Shown here in pieces: positions 39,994 through 50,046 of a DNA stretch of 64,000 nt. The notes beneath the pieces were generated by a model that saw only the letters and a list, made by a program, of their open reading frames with translations, was not told where the DNA came from and searched no databases. Position 1 is the stretch's first letter; every line of letters starts with the position of its first letter. The translations under genes were made by a program, and so were the position numbers. The stretch covers positions 124,001 to 188,000 of the IMG/VR virus record IMGVR_UViG_3300037010_001227; one strand, written 5' to 3'.

Positions 39994-41099
39994 GTATTAT
40001 GGATATTGAGAATGTAAGGCATGAAGAAAGATTTCTGTCTTACTCCTAAATTTGAATTGACAGATAATCAGGTTCTTTATGTGGATTATTCAGGGCATGC
40101 TGTTGTTATGGACTTGAAGGCTAGTGGTCACCAGATACAATTGATTGGCATCAAATAGCAATGAAACCTGTATGCTATTTTACTCCACAAGAACTTGTAG
40201 ATTTGGCCAGACAGCGTATTAATTAAGGAGTGACATGAAAATCATACACTATCAAAACATAAATCCCATTATTTCTTACTTTACTGCATGGGTCTTAGCT
40301 CTTATATTTATGATGAGTTTTGGCTCTGCTAGTTTTTATCATGCTTTTGCTACTATTGTTGCGGCCCAGTTTATTATTTGGGCTAATGACATCTTAAAGG
40401 GTGTTTAATGAAATTTACAACTGAAAATTCTGCTTATGAGGTGAATTTAGTAAATAAGGAAATTAGACGTTTAAAAGGATCTAGTGATCCTACTCCACGA
40501 CAAGGTGAAGATGGTGTATGGAAGAAATACGAAGATATTTCTAAAGTAAGACCTGGGGAACCTGTTATAATTATCTGGCCTCCAGATAAAGGTTTAGCAA
40601 AAACTACTGTAACTTCAGCAGTTGTTAAAATAGGAGTGTAAATGGCTATATTAAAAGGGATTAGAAGCATCTCTGATGTTTACAGGGATATGGATCTTTT
40701 AGTAAATATCACTGATGGTAGTGAAGCTTATCATAAAGAGGCAGATGAATTGGTGTGTGAGTTGTTGAGAATCGTTTCTCATTCTAGTTCCAATAAAACA
40801 GCGATGCTAACAATTGCAGACAACTATAGAAAAATCATCACTTATCATGAGAGGTTTAAGTGAAACCTTTAAAGTTTCCATACTAAGCTAAACTTGTATT
40901 TCCATTCAACTTAGAGCCACATTATAGACATGGATATCCCTTTTCTGAAGGTGATATTGTCTGTGTACTAGGAGAACTTACTGGAATGGATGGACATTAT
41001 GTTATTGCTTTAAATACAGATAGAGTAGTATTTGGTTTTTCATAGTGATTTCTAGAACCTAGTGATGATAAAACACCAAAGGATATGCTGTGAAATTAC

Positions 41100-41790
41100 C
41101 ATTTTGAGCCATATCTACCTAATTCCCATCCTTGCTGAATATAAACATCAATATCTTCTAGTTTAACCATTTTAGCACATTGAAGTTGCTTATTATGAAC
41201 ATATTTTTACCATAACTTCCATTTCCAGCTCCAGTTCGTAAAATAGCTAATTTAGCTTTAGTTTCTTTTGATTTAGGTCCAAATTTTCTATCTTTTATTC
41301 AAATAAACTGATAATTCTGTATTTCTAATTCTAATTGAGTTACCATTTTTAGTTACCCAGCAAGTTCCTTTAGATCTTAGATTATCTTCATTTTAAGATT
41401 TACTCCCTAGTTCTTTAGTTTGTTGTGAACATTTTCTACATAAGTGAACTTGTCATAATAGAGCAACTCGTAAAGAACATGCTTTATTATAATCTTCTGT
41501 TAGAATAATAGTATCAGGAGTTCTTCCAAGATTAAAACACGACCATGCAAAGGTAGTTTAGGATTCGTTTTGTCACATCGCCATAGTAACCAATGGGCTA
41601 TAAAATGATTTTTAGTAGATAATAATTTGTTATTCCAAGGATTAGCTTTTAATGATTTTATATTCTGGAAATAACCATTTTGGTAAAACGTGGTGTTTCT
41701 CATATTTTATTTTGGTGATTCACAAATAAGTATAAAATTAGTATACTCATCTATAGTAGATTGATCTGGATGTTTTAATTTTGCTGTTAA
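41100..41790 (-). pseudogene. decayed HNH homing endonuclease with NUMOD-like tail
   Basis: Minus strand YEKHHVLPKWLFPEY, frameshift, PWNNKLLSTKNHFIAHWLLW. Confidence 0.7.
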
Positions 41791-41823
41791 GGTTTGTTTC
41801 ATATATTTATTAATTGGAGTCTA

Positions 41824-43296
41824 ATGATGGTAAATATTCCTAAAGTTCTTAATGAAAATTATTGTGCGAGAGTAGTAGAAATTGAAAAAATTGTAGCTCT
41901 TCCCAATCGGGATAAGATTGTTGGAGCTTTGATTTTTGGCAACCAAGTTATTGTCAGTAAAGATACCAAGGTAGGTGATGTTGGTATCTTCTTTCCAGTA
42001 GAAACTGCACTCTCTGCCGAGTTTATGGCTTTCAACAATTTACATCAAGACAATACCCTTAACAACGATCCTTCTAAGAAAGGATTTTTTGGTTCTAAGG
42101 GACGTGTAAAGTGTCAGAAGTTCGGTGGTCATAAATCTGAAGGTTTCTTTATCCCTCTTGATTCTCTTGAGTATGTGTTTCATGCTCAAATTACAAAAGA
42201 TGATCTTCCAGTTGGAACCAAGTTTGAAATACTGGATGGTAAAGAAATCTGTAAGAAGTATGTGATTAAAGACTCTCGAACTCCAAGAGAACCTGGATCT
42301 AAGCAGAAGAAATCTGTTAAACTGAGTCGTCTTGTAGATAATCAGTTCAGACTACATTTTGATACCTTAAATCTTCGGATGAATGCTCATAAGCTAAATC
42401 CGAATGACTATATCAGTATTTCCAGTAAGTATCATGGAACTTCTTGGGTCGTAGGTAAGGTGTTAGTAAAAGACCCAATCTGGCAACATACTCTTGCTAT
42501 GAAGATTACTGGTATTGATCTTTACAAGAACAAGAAGATAGCAAAATATCTTAAGTATTTGATTAAGCCAGCTGAAAAGTTTCAGAACTATCTGATTGGA
42601 ACTCTACTAAATGTAGACAACAATTCAAAGCCTTTTTATGATGTGATTTGGTCTTCTCGTAAGGTAGTTAAAAATGCCTTTGCCAATCCTAATCCAGTTC
42701 ATTACTACGGTATGGATATCTGGGGTGAAATTGCAGAACATGTGAAAGATCATATTCCTGCCGGTATCACTCTTTACGGTGAGTGTGTTGGTTATCTCCC
42801 TAATGGATCAGCAATTCAGTCAAGTGAAGGTAAGTGTTTTGACTATGGTTGTGAACCAGGAACTTATAAACTCATCGTATATCGTATTACTTCTACGAAT
42901 GCAGAAGGTAAAGTATTTGAGTTCTCTTGGCCACAAATTCTTGAGTTCTGCAATAGGATAAGCCCCTATATTGGTTCTGGAACTTGTGTAGGTCTTGAAA
43001 CTCCTAATACTTACTATTACGGTAAGGCTAAGGATTATGCACCACAGATTCCAATTGAAACTCATTGGAATGAAAACTTCCTTGCCAAACTTGAGAAAGA
43101 TTTTATGAAAGATGCCGATTGTCCTTTCTGTAAAAATGTAGTTCCTGAAGAGGGAATTATCATTTCTAAAGAAACTCTCTACGAGAGGGAATCTTTCAAA
43201 CTTAAGAACTTTAGATTCCTTAATAAAGAATCTGAAGAACTTGATAAGGAAGTAGTTGATATTGAAACTTCTCAATCTGAAGAAGACCCTGTGTAG
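41824..43296 (+). CDS. RNA ligase (Rnl2/DRB0094-like) with N-terminal OB/tRNA-binding-like domain
   Basis: Motif I SKYHGTS, III LYGE, IV EEGII, V FKLK; N-terminal VALPNRDKI..VGDVGIFFP. Confidence 0.85.
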   Translation: MMVNIPKVLNENYCARVVEIEKIVALPNRDKIVGALIFGNQVIVSKDTKVGDVGIFFPVETALSAEFMAFNNLHQDNTLNNDPSKKGFFGSKGRVKCQKFGGHKSEGFFIPLDSLEYVFHAQITKDDLPVGTKFEILDGKEICKKYVIKDSRTPREPGSKQKKSVKLSRLVDNQFRLHFDTLNLRMNAHKLNPNDYISISSKYHGTSWVVGKVLVKDPIWQHTLAMKITGIDLYKNKKIAKYLKYLIKPAEKFQNYLIGTLLNVDNNSKPFYDVIWSSRKVVKNAFANPNPVHYYGMDIWGEIAEHVKDHIPAGITLYGECVGYLPNGSAIQSSEGKCFDYGCEPGTYKLIVYRITSTNAEGKVFEFSWPQILEFCNRISPYIGSGTCVGLETPNTYYYGKAKDYAPQIPIETHWNENFLAKLEKDFMKDADCPFCKNVVPEEGIIISKETLYERESFKLKNFRFLNKESEELDKEVVDIETSQSEEDPV

Positions 43297-43960
43297 GAAT
43301 AATGCAGCTAATATTATTAATAATACTAAGTATACTAGTATTAGTACAAGTATTTTGTATTATTAATAATATTTAAAATTTATTGGATATATAAAAAGAG
43401 TAGCTCTGATTTGGTCAAAGTATACCAAACTCTGGAAATATAACAAAATGTTATTTCATTTTTGGATCTGGGATGTAGAGAAATGAAAGATGAGTAATAA
43501 TTGCACCGGCCGTATAAACTTCCTCAAGTTCAAATTAGATCGTGGGGAAGTTTATGCAATTTGTAAGTTTTATGATTGCAGGCCGAAAGTGATCGTGGGT
43601 CATAACTGTGAACATTTTCTTCCAGTACATTAACTAAAACGTATTAAATGAAAGTTGAAAGGTGCATTGAAAGAGTCACTATAGGTTACAAAAAAAATCG
43701 TGGTTCTTAGAATTGCCTAATTTTACTGCTATTATGACTCCATGGAAATCTGAATTAGTTTAGGCAGGAAAATTTGATCAAGTATATCTTGATCAAGTAA
43801 GAGATGATAGTCTTCCAGGTATGCCTCGAAGGAGTTATAGGAAACTCATTTAATGGTGAATATATGTTCAAATATAAGTGTCAGAGATGGTATGATGCTT
43901 TGAAAGAACATTGTAGTGAAAATCAAGGTATTTACAATGTCCTAAAAATAGGAGGATTAA

Positions 43961-44599
43961 ATGAAGACAAGAACAGGCTTTGTAAGTAATAGTTCTTCAA
44001 GTTCTTTCATTCTTGACTTTGGAAAGTTTATAACAAAAGCTGAGGATCTGTATCCTTTTATTACAATTCCAAATGAAGATCAAGAACTATGGAGAGGTTC
44101 TGATTATGTAGAACCAACTATAGAACGAGTAGCAGAATACATGTTTGCTGAAATGAAGCTGGTTAATAAACCTAGGCTTTTAAAACTCTTGGAACAAGAG
44201 TTTGATCCAGAACAGTTTATTGAGACTGAAGAAGAAAAAGACAGGTATGCATGGGCTTGTGATGCTAGATGGAATGCTAGAGATGAACTCCTCGCCCCAT
44301 TACTTGATAAATTTGGTCTTAACGGTGAATATGAAATTACTAGAGGACCAATTATAAATCTTCAGATGTTCAACCTCGCGTATGGTCCAATTCAACTTCA
44401 ACTAAATAATATTTTAAAAGAAGCTAATGAAGTTAAAGCTATGATATTAGATAAATACATTCCAATAGCATTAGCTAAAATTGGCGATTCTGAACATATT
44501 TACGAAGCAAAATTTGAAGACCATGACGTGATAGGTAGCATGCTTGAACATGATGGACTATTAGATAAGTTCACTATCATGAGATTTAGTCACCACTAG
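43961..44599 (+). CDS. MKxRxGFVSNSSSSSF-family protein 1
   Basis: MKTRTGFVSNSSSSSF; SD AGGAGG. Confidence 0.9.
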   Translation: MKTRTGFVSNSSSSSFILDFGKFITKAEDLYPFITIPNEDQELWRGSDYVEPTIERVAEYMFAEMKLVNKPRLLKLLEQEFDPEQFIETEEEKDRYAWACDARWNARDELLAPLLDKFGLNGEYEITRGPIINLQMFNLAYGPIQLQLNNILKEANEVKAMILDKYIPIALAKIGDSEHIYEAKFEDHDVIGSMLEHDGLLDKFTIMRFSHH

Positions 44600-44926
44600 T
44601 GAAAACAAGAACTGGTTTTGTGAGCAATTCAAGCTCAAGTAGTTTTGTTATTACTACAAAAGAACCATTAAGTAAACAACACCTTTTGGAGTTATTTAAA
44701 GTTCCTGTAGAGTCTCCTTTATACTATTTTGTTGAAGAAATGGCAGAATGGTTTGAGCGATATTCTGAACAGGTTACAGTAAAACATGAGCATTGTTAAC
44801 AAGAAGTTGATTTACGTTGGTTCTGCTTCAGATGATGCTTATGAAGAAATTGAATTATCTATTTGTTCAATGACTATTAATCATATTAGTGCCGATTTTT
44901 CTATTAAGAAAGATGGTAACTACTAA
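44599..44926 (+). pseudogene. MKxRxGFVSNSSSSSF-family protein 2 (frameshifted)
   Basis: GTG start MKTRTGFVSNSSSSSF, stop at 44799; +1 frame 44786-44926 (NKKLIYVGSASDD...KKDGNY*) ends overlapping the next ATG. Confidence 0.7.
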
Positions 44927-45339
44927 TGAAGATTCGAAAAGGTTTCGTAAGTAACAGTTCAAGTTCAAGTTTCTGTATTTACGGAACTAGCGTTGATTCA
45001 CTAAGTGAAATTACTGGAGTATCAGTACAAGAGATTAATGAGAAACGAAAACAAAAGTTTCTAGAGGGTTACGGGAAGCAGCATCCAGAGCTAGTTCCAC
45101 AATCTGATGAAGAATGGCAAGAATACTTTGATGAAGATTGTGACTATGCTGATTATGTCAGCGGAACTGGCTTAGAAATCTACAGTAAGGATGGTTACGA
45201 GTATTACATTGGTAAGTCTTGGCATCTTATTGGAGATGATGAGACTGGTAAAGAGTTTAAAGCTGCTGTTGAGGCTAAGGTTAAAACTCTTATTCCTAAA
45301 GCTAAATGTGAAACTTACTTTGAGGAGTATTACTGCTAA
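44926..45339 (+). CDS. MKxRxGFVSNSSSSSF-family protein 3
   Basis: MKIRKGFVSNSSSSSF...YYIGKSWHLIGDDETG. Confidence 0.9.
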   Translation: MKIRKGFVSNSSSSSFCIYGTSVDSLSEITGVSVQEINEKRKQKFLEGYGKQHPELVPQSDEEWQEYFDEDCDYADYVSGTGLEIYSKDGYEYYIGKSWHLIGDDETGKEFKAAVEAKVKTLIPKAKCETYFEEYYC

Positions 45340-45800
45340 TGAAAACCCGTCTTGGTTTTGTCTCGAACTCCAGTAGCTCTTCATTTTGTATCTATGGTAT
45401 TCAGTTTGATTCTTATGACGAAGTTCTTCGTAGTTTACAGAAAAGTGATAAAGAGTTTCTACATGGTTTCTTTGTACAGTTCAACAATAAATATAAACGT
45501 GAATTAGAAGATAATGAAATTGCAGAAGTTACTACAATTGATGAATTAATCAATGCTATAAATGAGCTTGGTTACGATATGTGGGAGTTTTGCGATGATT
45601 TGTTTAAAGATGACAAAATAATACGTGTTCACACAGGTAGTGAATATAATGCTGGTATGGTTTCCATTGGAAGAGAATGGCGCTTTATTGGAGATAAAGA
45701 GACTGGAGAAGAGTTTAAGGAAAGCATTCGTAAACGATTAGAGTATTATTTTGGTAAGAAGCTCAAACTTCAAACTATTGAAGAATCTTTTCGGTGCTAA
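45339..45800 (+). CDS. MKxRxGFVSNSSSSSF-family protein 4
   Basis: MKTRLGFVSNSSSSSF...SIGREWRFIGDKETG. Confidence 0.9.
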   Translation: MKTRLGFVSNSSSSSFCIYGIQFDSYDEVLRSLQKSDKEFLHGFFVQFNNKYKRELEDNEIAEVTTIDELINAINELGYDMWEFCDDLFKDDKIIRVHTGSEYNAGMVSIGREWRFIGDKETGEEFKESIRKRLEYYFGKKLKLQTIEESFRC

Positions 45801-46163
45801 ATGAAAACTCGTTCAGGTTTCGTAAGTAATAGTTCAAGTTCAAGTTTCGTAATTCTTGGTGTGAAAGTAGTTGAAGGTTCCAAAGAGTATAACCACATTA
45901 AGGAACTTTTCTATGATGTTCCAGCAGATGAGGATAATGGAGTGAGTCCTTGGGAATGGGAACTACCTAACAATGTAAGTTATATTACCACTGGTGATAA
46001 CAATGATCAGACTTACTTCGGTGAGTATCTTGCCCAAGGTGAGTATACGGAATTTGAAGAGTTCAGCTTTAATGATCTAAAGAGAAAATCTAAGGAATTA
46101 GCTGATCTTCTTGAAGTTCCTGAGTCTGACGTAAGACTTGTAGTAGGAACTGAGTATATCTAG
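45801..46163 (+). CDS. MKxRxGFVSNSSSSSF-family protein 5
   Basis: MKTRSGFVSNSSSSSF. Confidence 0.9.
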   Translation: MKTRSGFVSNSSSSSFVILGVKVVEGSKEYNHIKELFYDVPADEDNGVSPWEWELPNNVSYITTGDNNDQTYFGEYLAQGEYTEFEEFSFNDLKRKSKELADLLEVPESDVRLVVGTEYI

Positions 46164-46210
46164 AGCAATTAGCATTAGTAATTATTAGTAACTTTATTTT
46201 GAGGTTGCTA

Positions 46211-46591
46211 ATGAAAGTGAGAACAGGATTTGTAAGCAACAGTTCAAGTTCTAGCTTTTGTATACTAGGCAGATCTGGAGATCTTTACAAATTTAAGGAC
46301 TATATGACTTTTACATTCCCAAATTCTTTTAACGTTAACGACTTAGAAGATGAGGGTGATATTTTAAATGAGATTGTATCGTTAGTAGAAGATATGACTG
46401 GTCTTGATTGTCTGTATGGTTTTGAAAATGAACAATGCTATATTGGTTACTCTTTTTCAAATAGTAATCTTTATGATCGATCTGTAAATGAACTGATCAA
46501 AGAAGTTGATAACAAGTTTAAGTTACTAAACATTCCACAAGAAGTCTTTGACATTGCTACAACACTTCATTATGGCGAGCTTTACCACTAA
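46211..46591 (+). CDS. MKxRxGFVSNSSSSSF-family protein 6
   Basis: SD GAGG, ATG 46211: MKVRTGFVSNSSSSSF. Confidence 0.9.
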   Translation: MKVRTGFVSNSSSSSFCILGRSGDLYKFKDYMTFTFPNSFNVNDLEDEGDILNEIVSLVEDMTGLDCLYGFENEQCYIGYSFSNSNLYDRSVNELIKEVDNKFKLLNIPQEVFDIATTLHYGELYH

Positions 46592-46618
46592 ACAAAACTA
46601 GGAAACCTAGGAGATAGA

Positions 46619-47701
46619 ATGCTTCATTTTACATCAAAAGAATGGCGGTCAGTTCGTTCAGAAAATTACAATTATGATTTCAATACTGTCACAGGTTTCT
46701 TTGCTCGTTGGGGAGCTACAAAAGAAGAAGATCCCATCGTAGCTCCAGCACCTGAAATCTTGGACCTGGAAGTTAGTTATGGTGGTAAATGTTTTGGTAA
46801 CTGTGCCTTTTGTTATAAAGGGAACGGTGGTGATCAGCCTGTAGTTAATATGACTTTAGATCAGTTCAAAGTTATATTTTCTAAAATGCCAAAAACTTTG
46901 ACACAAATTGCTTTCGGTATTATGAATATCTCTACAAATCCTGATTTATTTTCTATGATGGAATACGCAAGAGAGAATGGTGTGGTTCCAAATTACACCT
47001 GTCATGGCCTCGACGTTACTCCTGAAATTGCCAAACGAACTTCAGAGCTTTGTGGGGCGGTCGCAGTATCAGTTTATTCCTCAGAAGCCTCTTATAACGC
47101 GATTAAGATGTTTACTGATGCGGGCATGAAGCAAGTTAATATTCACTTTATGTTAAGTGAAGAAACTTATGAAAGAGCGTTCACTATTTTACATGATCGT
47201 CTAACTGACCCAAGACTTGCTGAAATGAACGCGATTGTATTCCTTGGTTACAAACCAAAGGGTAGAAATGCTGGTGGTTTTCATCCAGTATCTACTGAGA
47301 AATACAAGAAGTTAATTGAATATTGTAATCGTAACAATATCAGTTATGGTTTTGATTCTTGTTCAGCTCCTGTAGTTCTAAAATGCATTGAGAACTCTGA
47401 AGATTATAAGAGGATTTCACAGTTAGTAGAACCTTGTGAATCTTCTTGTTTCAGTTCTTATATTAATGCAGATGGTATTTTCTACGCCTGTTCATTTTGC
47501 GAGGGCGAAGGTATGTGGAAAGAAGGCATTGATGTTTTAAATTGCAATGATTTTGTTAAGGATGTTTGGCAACATCCTAAAACAGTAGCATTTCGAGAAA
47601 TTTTACATCAGAGTACAAAATCTTGCGGTGCGTGCAAAAGTCAATCTATTTGTAGACATTGTCCAATGTTTCCTGTAACAAATTGCCACAATGAGCTATA
47701 G
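46619..47701 (+). CDS. radical SAM enzyme with SPASM domain
   Basis: CFGNCAFC; SPASM-type PCESSC..YINADG.FYACSF...CGACKSQSICRHCP. Confidence 0.9.
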   Translation: MLHFTSKEWRSVRSENYNYDFNTVTGFFARWGATKEEDPIVAPAPEILDLEVSYGGKCFGNCAFCYKGNGGDQPVVNMTLDQFKVIFSKMPKTLTQIAFGIMNISTNPDLFSMMEYARENGVVPNYTCHGLDVTPEIAKRTSELCGAVAVSVYSSEASYNAIKMFTDAGMKQVNIHFMLSEETYERAFTILHDRLTDPRLAEMNAIVFLGYKPKGRNAGGFHPVSTEKYKKLIEYCNRNNISYGFDSCSAPVVLKCIENSEDYKRISQLVEPCESSCFSSYINADGIFYACSFCEGEGMWKEGIDVLNCNDFVKDVWQHPKTVAFREILHQSTKSCGACKSQSICRHCPMFPVTNCHNEL

Positions 47702-47704
47702 TAG

Positions 47705-47761
47705 TTGAGTGTTCCATGAAAGAGCATATACGGTTAATTATGCTCTTTCATGGAGACTTGA
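47705..47761 (+). repeat. long hairpin after the rSAM gene (16-bp perfect stem, no U-tract)
   Basis: TCCATGAAAGAGCATA (47713-47728) / TATGCTCTTTCATGGA (47739-47754). Confidence 0.8.
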
Positions 47762-48378
47762 ATGCTTTGCAAACAATGTAATACAGAGTTTATACAAAAT
47801 AAACCACATCAAGTATATTGTTCAGAAACGTGCAGAAATTCTTACTGGGGTCATACATAAACAGTATGAAAAAAAATAAAAATAAAATAGCTAAAAAGAA
47901 TAATAATGATGAATATAGAAAGTATCAAAAAGAATTAACAAAACAACCATATAGAAAACAAGCAAGAAATGACTATTTAAAAGTAAACGAAAATCTGACA
48001 TAGTATTTAAATTAAAACACTCTATAAACGATAGATTACGTCACGAATTTTCTAATTTTAGTGTAGTTGAGTTAGAAAGTTATTTAGGATATTCTATTTT
48101 AGATTTATCTAATTATTTATTCCAAACAGATGAAGAAAAAGAAGAATATCTTGCTGGTAATTTAGAACTTGACCATATTATACCTTATAATTGGTATATA
48201 GTTTTAGCGTTAGGTGATGGCGAGTTTAAAAAATGTTGGTCCTTTGAAAATTTACGATTATTATCAAGTATAGACAATAAACAAAGAAGTAAAAAAATTG
48301 ATTGTGTTTTTAGTTAAACAACAAAAGATAAGTCATCTTTTACCTATAGGAGCTAATGAAATACGGAAATTGTTCTAA
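47762..48378 (+). pseudogene. decayed HNH endonuclease
   Basis: MLCKQCNTEF..YCSETC, stops, then LELDHIIP..KKCWSFENLRLLSSIDNKQRSK. Confidence 0.7.
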
Positions 48379-48693
48379 ATACTTCGGAATTAGTGTTATG
48401 TAAACCAAAAAAGAAAAATAGAATTTGATTCTTTTGAGTATAGTGTTATAGAAGCTACTGAAAATATAGCTTATCATAGAATGAAATTTATGTTTCAACC
48501 AAGCGGTAAAACTACTATAGTCTTATCCTGTTTTGGACAAAGTATTTTAGAACATAAATTTGAAACACCAATTTCTGTTATAATATATTGGCCTTATAAT
48601 GGAGTAGGTATATCATCAGAAACTTTTGCCCAAAAAGATATACCAGGAAGAAGAACAGTATATTTTACATCTTGTCATAAGGAGTTATAAATA

Positions 48694-49068
48694 ATGAAAA
48701 TTCGAAAAGGTTTCGTAAGTAATAGTTCTTCTTGTAGTTTTACTCTTTACGGAGTATATTTAGATCCAGTAGAAGAAGCAGTTTATGCTAATCTACAAGA
48801 TGATATTAAAGCAAGATGTTTAATTGAAGCAGAGAAACGTGGAGGTGATCTAGATTTAGAAGTATTTATAAAAGTTATGTGGGAAGAATTTAAAATAGAA
48901 GCTACTTGGGGTCAAGATCACTATACTCTCTATTTTGGTTTCAGTATTAACGACATGAAAGATGATGAAACTAAAATACAATTTTATGATCGGATTGAAA
49001 AGTTTTTTCAAAAGATTTTTAAAGAAGTAAGCTGTGATTGGCATTCAGAAGCATGGTATGACTCTTGA
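48694..49068 (+). CDS. MKxRxGFVSNSSSSSF-family protein 7 (S to C variant)
   Basis: MKIRKGFVSNSSSCSF...YFGFSINDMKDDET. Confidence 0.9.
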   Translation: MKIRKGFVSNSSSCSFTLYGVYLDPVEEAVYANLQDDIKARCLIEAEKRGGDLDLEVFIKVMWEEFKIEATWGQDHYTLYFGFSINDMKDDETKIQFYDRIEKFFQKIFKEVSCDWHSEAWYDS

Positions 49069-49259
49069 GTAATTAAGTAGTATGACAACTAAAATATGTA
49101 GTAGTAAATGTAAAGATTTAAAGATTTAACAGATTTTTATTCAAACTCTTATAGATAGTAAAGATTATCATACTAATGTTCATAATAATGGAGCATATAA
49201 ACAATAAATAATGAATTTACTATAGTTTTAAATAATTATATAACTACTTTGGATAATTG

Positions 49260-49520
49260 ATGAAAACAAGAGCAGGTTTTGTAAGTAACAGTTCTAGTTC
49301 CAGCTTTGTGTTGGATAAAGATCATCTTTCACCAGAACAAATTGATCAGATTAAGAGACATACCAAACTTGCACAAGATTTTGGTATAGAACATTGGATG
49401 ATAGAAGAACGAGAGCATATAATCCTGCTAGAAACTTGGATGGATAACTTTAACATGTCTGAGTTCCTGGAACATATTAAGGTTCCAACAGAAGCCATAT
49501 TACGTCACAACAGAGACTAG
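49260..49520 (+). CDS. MKxRxGFVSNSSSSSF-family protein 8
   Basis: MKTRAGFVSNSSSSSF. Confidence 0.9.
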   Translation: MKTRAGFVSNSSSSSFVLDKDHLSPEQIDQIKRHTKLAQDFGIEHWMIEEREHIILLETWMDNFNMSEFLEHIKVPTEAILRHNRD

Positions 49521-49521
49521 C

Positions 49522-50046
49522 ATGACAAAGGAAGAGTTTATCAGCAAAGCCGTTGAGCGTTCTAAAACTTTTATTAAGGATGCTCAACTTGACATTAGAA
49601 AAATTAGTGAGATGCAATCTCATATTGTTAATTGTCTTTTTAATAATCAGCCGCTATCATATTCTGTAGTGGACAGTGAAGCAAAAGAATGTAAGAATAT
49701 CTACATTATGTTAGATACTCCTTATATCGACCATACAGAAGAAGAAGCGTTCTGTGTATTGGATGTTATTAACTATTACACATTTCCAGTTACAGCTATT
49801 CTTGATTCAATTTCTCTGTCTAAAAAAGGTAAGTTGACAGAAGCTCTTGATATTAGACCATTCATGTTCAGCGGTCCAGCTCCAACTCAAATTATTTGGT
49901 CTGGATCTGATATTTCCACAGTTAAAACTGTAGGTTATCCTTCGCTAACTAATGAAGATGCAGTTGCTGCATTTAAACACTGGATTCATTATGTATTCGG
50001 TTTACATTTAAATATAGAAACAGGCTACCTGGAGGATTCTTTCTGA
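49522..50046 (+). CDS. hypothetical protein
   Basis: 174 aa, coupled to neighbours. Confidence 0.7.
   Translation: MTKEEFISKAVERSKTFIKDAQLDIRKISEMQSHIVNCLFNNQPLSYSVVDSEAKECKNIYIMLDTPYIDHTEEEAFCVLDVINYYTFPVTAILDSISLSKKGKLTEALDIRPFMFSGPAPTQIIWSGSDISTVKTVGYPSLTNEDAVAAFKHWIHYVFGLHLNIETGYLEDSF

Noticed and set aside
43961-49520. Repeated 5' ends as CRISPR repeats, DGR template/variable repeats or DNA recombination cassettes
   Set aside because: The copies differ at synonymous positions, including AGY/TCN switches, and spacing is gene-sized. No Cas gene, reverse transcriptase or recombinase is seen nearby.
43961-49520. MKxRxG|F as a type IV prepilin (class III) signal peptide
   Set aside because: A basic leader plus G|F is present, but there is no hydrophobic helix or Glu at +5; the following residues are polar Ser/Asn.
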